From contig OZ241863.1 of NCBI GenBank assembly GCA_965203055.1, forward strand, positions 1,056,001 to 1,120,000: DNA of 64,000 nucleotides, read 5' to 3'. A program made the position numbers and the translations under genes. This document shows positions 61,058 through 64,000 of this stretch, piece after piece. The notes beneath the pieces were generated by a model. It was not told the DNA's origin. It saw nothing but the letters and a program-made list of their open reading frames with translations, and did no database searches. Position 1 is the first letter of the stretch. Every line of letters begins with the position of its first letter. Source of the stretch: Spirochaetia bacterium (GTDB lineage Bacteria > Spirochaetota > Spirochaetia > SZUA-6 > Bin103).

Positions 61058-62215
61058 ATGCCAGGCATGTTTGCACGGCTGCTGCGGCGCCCCGGATCGT
61101 CGTGCTTTCTGTTCGGCCCGCGCGGTACCGGGAAGTCGACGTGGATTGCGCGCCACTTCGCGGGCGCCCGGCTCTACGATCTGCTCAACACGACCGAGGC
61201 GCTGCGCCTGGCGCGCGAGCCGGCCACGCTGTTTCGGGAAGTGGAGGGACTGTCCGCCGGCGATTGGGTGGTGATCGATGAGGTCCAGCGCGTCCCGGAG
61301 CTGCTCAACGAGGTCCACCGCCTGATCGAGACGCGCCGGCTCCGGTTCGTCCTGTCGGGATCGAGCGCCCGCAAGCTGCGCCGCGGCGGCGCCAACCTGC
61401 TCGCCGGGCGGGCGGTGGTCCATCATCTGTTTCCGCTGGTGTCGGCGGAACGATCCTTTCAGGTCGACTTCGACGATGCGCTCCGCCACGGCGCCCTGCC
61501 GCTTGCGGTCACCGGCGACGATCCGGCCGCCTACCTGAGCGCCTATGCCGAGACCTATCTGCAGGAAGAGATCCGCGCCGAGGCGTTGACGCGGAGCGTC
61601 GGCAGCTTCAACCGCTTCCTGGAGATCGCGGCCCGGCAGAACGGACAGGTGACCAACGTCTCCTCCATCTCCCGCGATGCCGCGGTGAGCCGGTCCACGG
61701 TGCAAAACTACTTCGAGATCCTCATCGACACCCTGATCGGAAACTGGCTGCCCGCCTGGAAGCTCAAGCGCGCGACCAAGCAGGTCGCGCACCCCAAGTT
61801 CTACCTGTTCGATTGCGGGGTGGCGCGCGCGCTGTCCGGCCGGATCGCCTATCCGCCGTCCCCGGAGGAGCGCGGCGCTCTGCTGGAGACGGCGCTGCTG
61901 GGCGAGATCCGCGCGTACCTGGCGTACAACGGGCTGCGGTATCCGCTCCACTACTGGCGGACCCACGACGGAGTGGAGGTCGACCTGCTGTGCGAGAGCG
62001 GCGCCGGCTTCATCGCCGTGGAGATGAAAGCGTCGGCGCGGTGGGACGCGCGCTACAACCGCGGCCTCAACCGGCTCCGCGACGAGCTCGGCGCCGGCCG
62101 GGTCACCTGCTACGGCGTCTACGAAGGGGAGCGGCCGGCGACGTGGGGCAGCGTCCGGGTGCTGCCGGCGCCGGAGTTTCTGAAGCGACTCTGGAACGGG
62201 GAAGTACTGCGCTGA
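61058..62215 (+). CDS. AAA_14 ATPase with DUF4143 domain (COG1373)
   Basis: GPRGTGKST, IDEVQR, LSGSSARKL, PKFYLFDCGV, YWRT..G.EVDLL..EMK; ATG 61067 is an alternative start. Confidence 0.9.
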   Translation: MPGMFARLLRRPGSSCFLFGPRGTGKSTWIARHFAGARLYDLLNTTEALRLAREPATLFREVEGLSAGDWVVIDEVQRVPELLNEVHRLIETRRLRFVLSGSSARKLRRGGANLLAGRAVVHHLFPLVSAERSFQVDFDDALRHGALPLAVTGDDPAAYLSAYAETYLQEEIRAEALTRSVGSFNRFLEIAARQNGQVTNVSSISRDAAVSRSTVQNYFEILIDTLIGNWLPAWKLKRATKQVAHPKFYLFDCGVARALSGRIAYPPSPEERGALLETALLGEIRAYLAYNGLRYPLHYWRTHDGVEVDLLCESGAGFIAVEMKASARWDARYNRGLNRLRDELGAGRVTCYGVYEGERPATWGSVRVLPAPEFLKRLWNGEVLR

Positions 62216-62396
62216 GCCCGGTCACGGCCGCGGCCGCCGGTGCTGGCCGCGCCTCTCACTCCCGTCGGCTGCGCTGCTCGAACCAGATGCGCCGGCAGCG
62301 AGGCAAGCAAGCGGCGCCTGGTGGCCGCAGGTGGCCGCACCTGCTGAGGGCCGGTCCTTGTGTGCCGCTCGCATGTGGTATGATCGGCACCTGACC

Positions 62397-63371
62397 ATGC
62401 ACGATGCCGGCTACAAGCGGTTGTTCGCGCAGCCGCACACGGTTCAGGACCTGCTGCGCGGCTTCGCCGCCCGTGACTGGAGCGAGGCGCTCGACTTCTC
62501 GACCCTCACCCCGGTGCCGGCCAGCTTCGTCAGCCACCGCCTGCGCCAGCGCCACGGCGATCTGGTGTGGCGGGTCCGGTTCCACGATGAATGGCTGTAC
62601 CTCCTGGTGCTGCTGGAGTTCCAGTCCACCGTCGAGCCGGCCATGGCAACGCGGATGCTGACCTACACCGGCATGCTGTACGAGAAGCTGATCGACGACG
62701 GCGTGCTGCGCGAACATGGCAAGCTGCCGCCGGTGCTGCCGATCGTGATCTACAACGGCAGCCAGCCGTGGACGGCGGCCGAGGACGTGGCGGAGCTGAT
62801 CGCGTTCGGCGGGGAGGCGCTAGCGCGGTATCAGCCGTCGTTGCGCTACTATCTGCTTGACCAGGGGCGGCTGGGAGCGGACGATCTGCCGGGTCGCAAC
62901 CTGGTGTCGGCGCTGATCGCGCTGGAGACCAATCGCGCGGATGAGCGGGTGCCGGAGTTGCTGGCGGCGCTGTTCGAGCGGCTGCGGGAGTTGGAGACCC
63001 CAGAGTTGACGCAAGTGTACCGGGAATGGGTGAATCAGGTGCTGGTGCCGCGCAAGATGAAGGGCACGGTGCTGGAATCGTTGCCGGGATCGGAGGAGGT
63101 AGGGCCGATGTTGCAGGAGTTGGTAGCCGGATGGGTCGCGGAAGGCCGCGAGCAGGGTATCGAGCAGGGTATCGAGCAGGGCCGCGGCGAAGAACGAAGG
63201 CTGTTGTGCCGGCAGGCGGCACGGAAGTTCACGCCGGAAACGGCGCCGCGGTTGTCCGTCCTGCTGGAGCGCCTGACCGATCCGGAGAGCCTGTTGCAGG
63301 TCGGCGACTGGATCATCGAGTGCAAGACCGAGAGGGATCTGCTGGCCCGCGTGCAGGACGCGATTCCATAA
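62397..63371 (+). CDS. Rpn-family (Transposase_31, PD-(D/E)xK) nuclease
   Basis: MHDAGYKRLF, HGDLVWRV, LLEFQS, LPIVIYNG..PW, EGREQGIEQGIEQG. Confidence 0.9.
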   Translation: MHDAGYKRLFAQPHTVQDLLRGFAARDWSEALDFSTLTPVPASFVSHRLRQRHGDLVWRVRFHDEWLYLLVLLEFQSTVEPAMATRMLTYTGMLYEKLIDDGVLREHGKLPPVLPIVIYNGSQPWTAAEDVAELIAFGGEALARYQPSLRYYLLDQGRLGADDLPGRNLVSALIALETNRADERVPELLAALFERLRELETPELTQVYREWVNQVLVPRKMKGTVLESLPGSEEVGPMLQELVAGWVAEGREQGIEQGIEQGRGEERRLLCRQAARKFTPETAPRLSVLLERLTDPESLLQVGDWIIECKTERDLLARVQDAIP

Positions 63372-63413
63372 CCGACGCTGAGCTGGATGAACGCACGAAA
63401 ATCGCCGGCGGTG

Positions 63414-63626
63414 ATGGTGAACGTCATCCGGCCAAAGACGCAGCTCTCGCGCCGTTTCGTTGTTATCGCTCGTAACGGCGATCCGGTGGCGCGTCTTGTC
63501 GGCCTCGAGGGCACGCGGGGCACGCGCCGGTTCGGCGCGTTGCGGGATCGGATCGTCGTCGATGGCCGCTTCCCCGAACCGCTCCCGGAGAGCGAGCTGG
63601 CCCGCTGGGAGTCGTCGGCGAGCTGA
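63414..63626 (+). pseudogene. Degenerate Phd/YefM-family antitoxin with no adjacent toxin
   Basis: MVNV...KTQLSR/VVIARNGDPVARLV...FPEPLPESELARWE; the usual helix between LSR and VVIAR is missing. Confidence 0.6.
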
Positions 63627-64000
63627 TCGAAGAAATGGGACCGCAGTTGTTCGGCCCCCCGGCCCCGCCGCCGATTGAGACCTGTTGCCGCCCAGGGCGG
63701 CTACATGCTCTGAAATCCTGCCAATCGATTCCCAACTGCCGAACGGCCGCACGGATCGTTCCCGATTTCAGATCGCGTCCACCGTGGTCAGGAATGACCG
63801 TGGTTCTCCGGGACGCGGGATTGTACCACTTCCGATGAGAACCACTGCCTCGTCGTTGACGCTCGCTGCAACCGAGAAATCGCCAATTTCGGGCGACTTC
63901 ACGGTACGTGACTGGCCGCTATCACGGTTTCGAACCACACCGGGCCGTTTGCTTCGGTAATCCAGATGCTCCGCGGCAACAACCGGCCGTCCTCCTGGTA

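Noticed and set aside
62397..63371. Rpn gene as an IS element
   Set aside because: No terminal inverted repeats or target duplication seen; Rpn proteins are not established transposases.
63630..64000. Short ORFs and a possible minus-strand gene end at the window edge
   Set aside because: No recognisable motifs and too little sequence to support a call.

Overview
A very GC-rich bacterial chromosome segment. It is inferred to be a Spirochaetota genome, possibly a marine sponge symbiont, from the infC-rpmI-rplT-zapB-zapA order, the GGQGE-type family-5 SBP, the mevalonate-pathway HMG-CoA synthase and multiple Uma2/Rpn/HNH paralogues. The core (about 10-50 kb) holds a Gld-like ABC exporter, hsp20, tsaBE, ribosomal/division genes, metXW, hisHF, thiI with a cysteine desulfurase, a peptide-type ABC importer and an aromatic-carotenoid operon (HMGS-crtY-crtI-crtB-[methyltransferase::crtU fusion]-Rieske). 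Both ends are accessory defence regions. The left end encodes HTH-SNF2-DUF3883 helicase > 2TM protein > beta-barrel protein > DUF1156 methyltransferase (runs off the window), plus a vapBC pair. The right end encodes HNH, DUF499 ATPase (frameshifted) > DUF499 partner > a lower-GC three-gene cassette (hypothetical, PIN protein, AAA ATPase), then Uma2, DUF4143 ATPase, Rpn and an orphan Phd. The best novelty candidates are: (1) the two uncharacterised lower-GC cassettes embedded in restriction-like DUF499/DUF1156/SNF2 operons; (2) an atypical tRNA-like element at 9659-9732 (8/4 stems, Ala-type G3:U70/A73 acceptor, Asp GUC anticodon) lying antisense inside an apparent promoter-terminator unit; (3) the fused carotenoid gene; (4) many internally deleted gene vestiges. 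All family calls come from motif recognition by eye, not from database searches.
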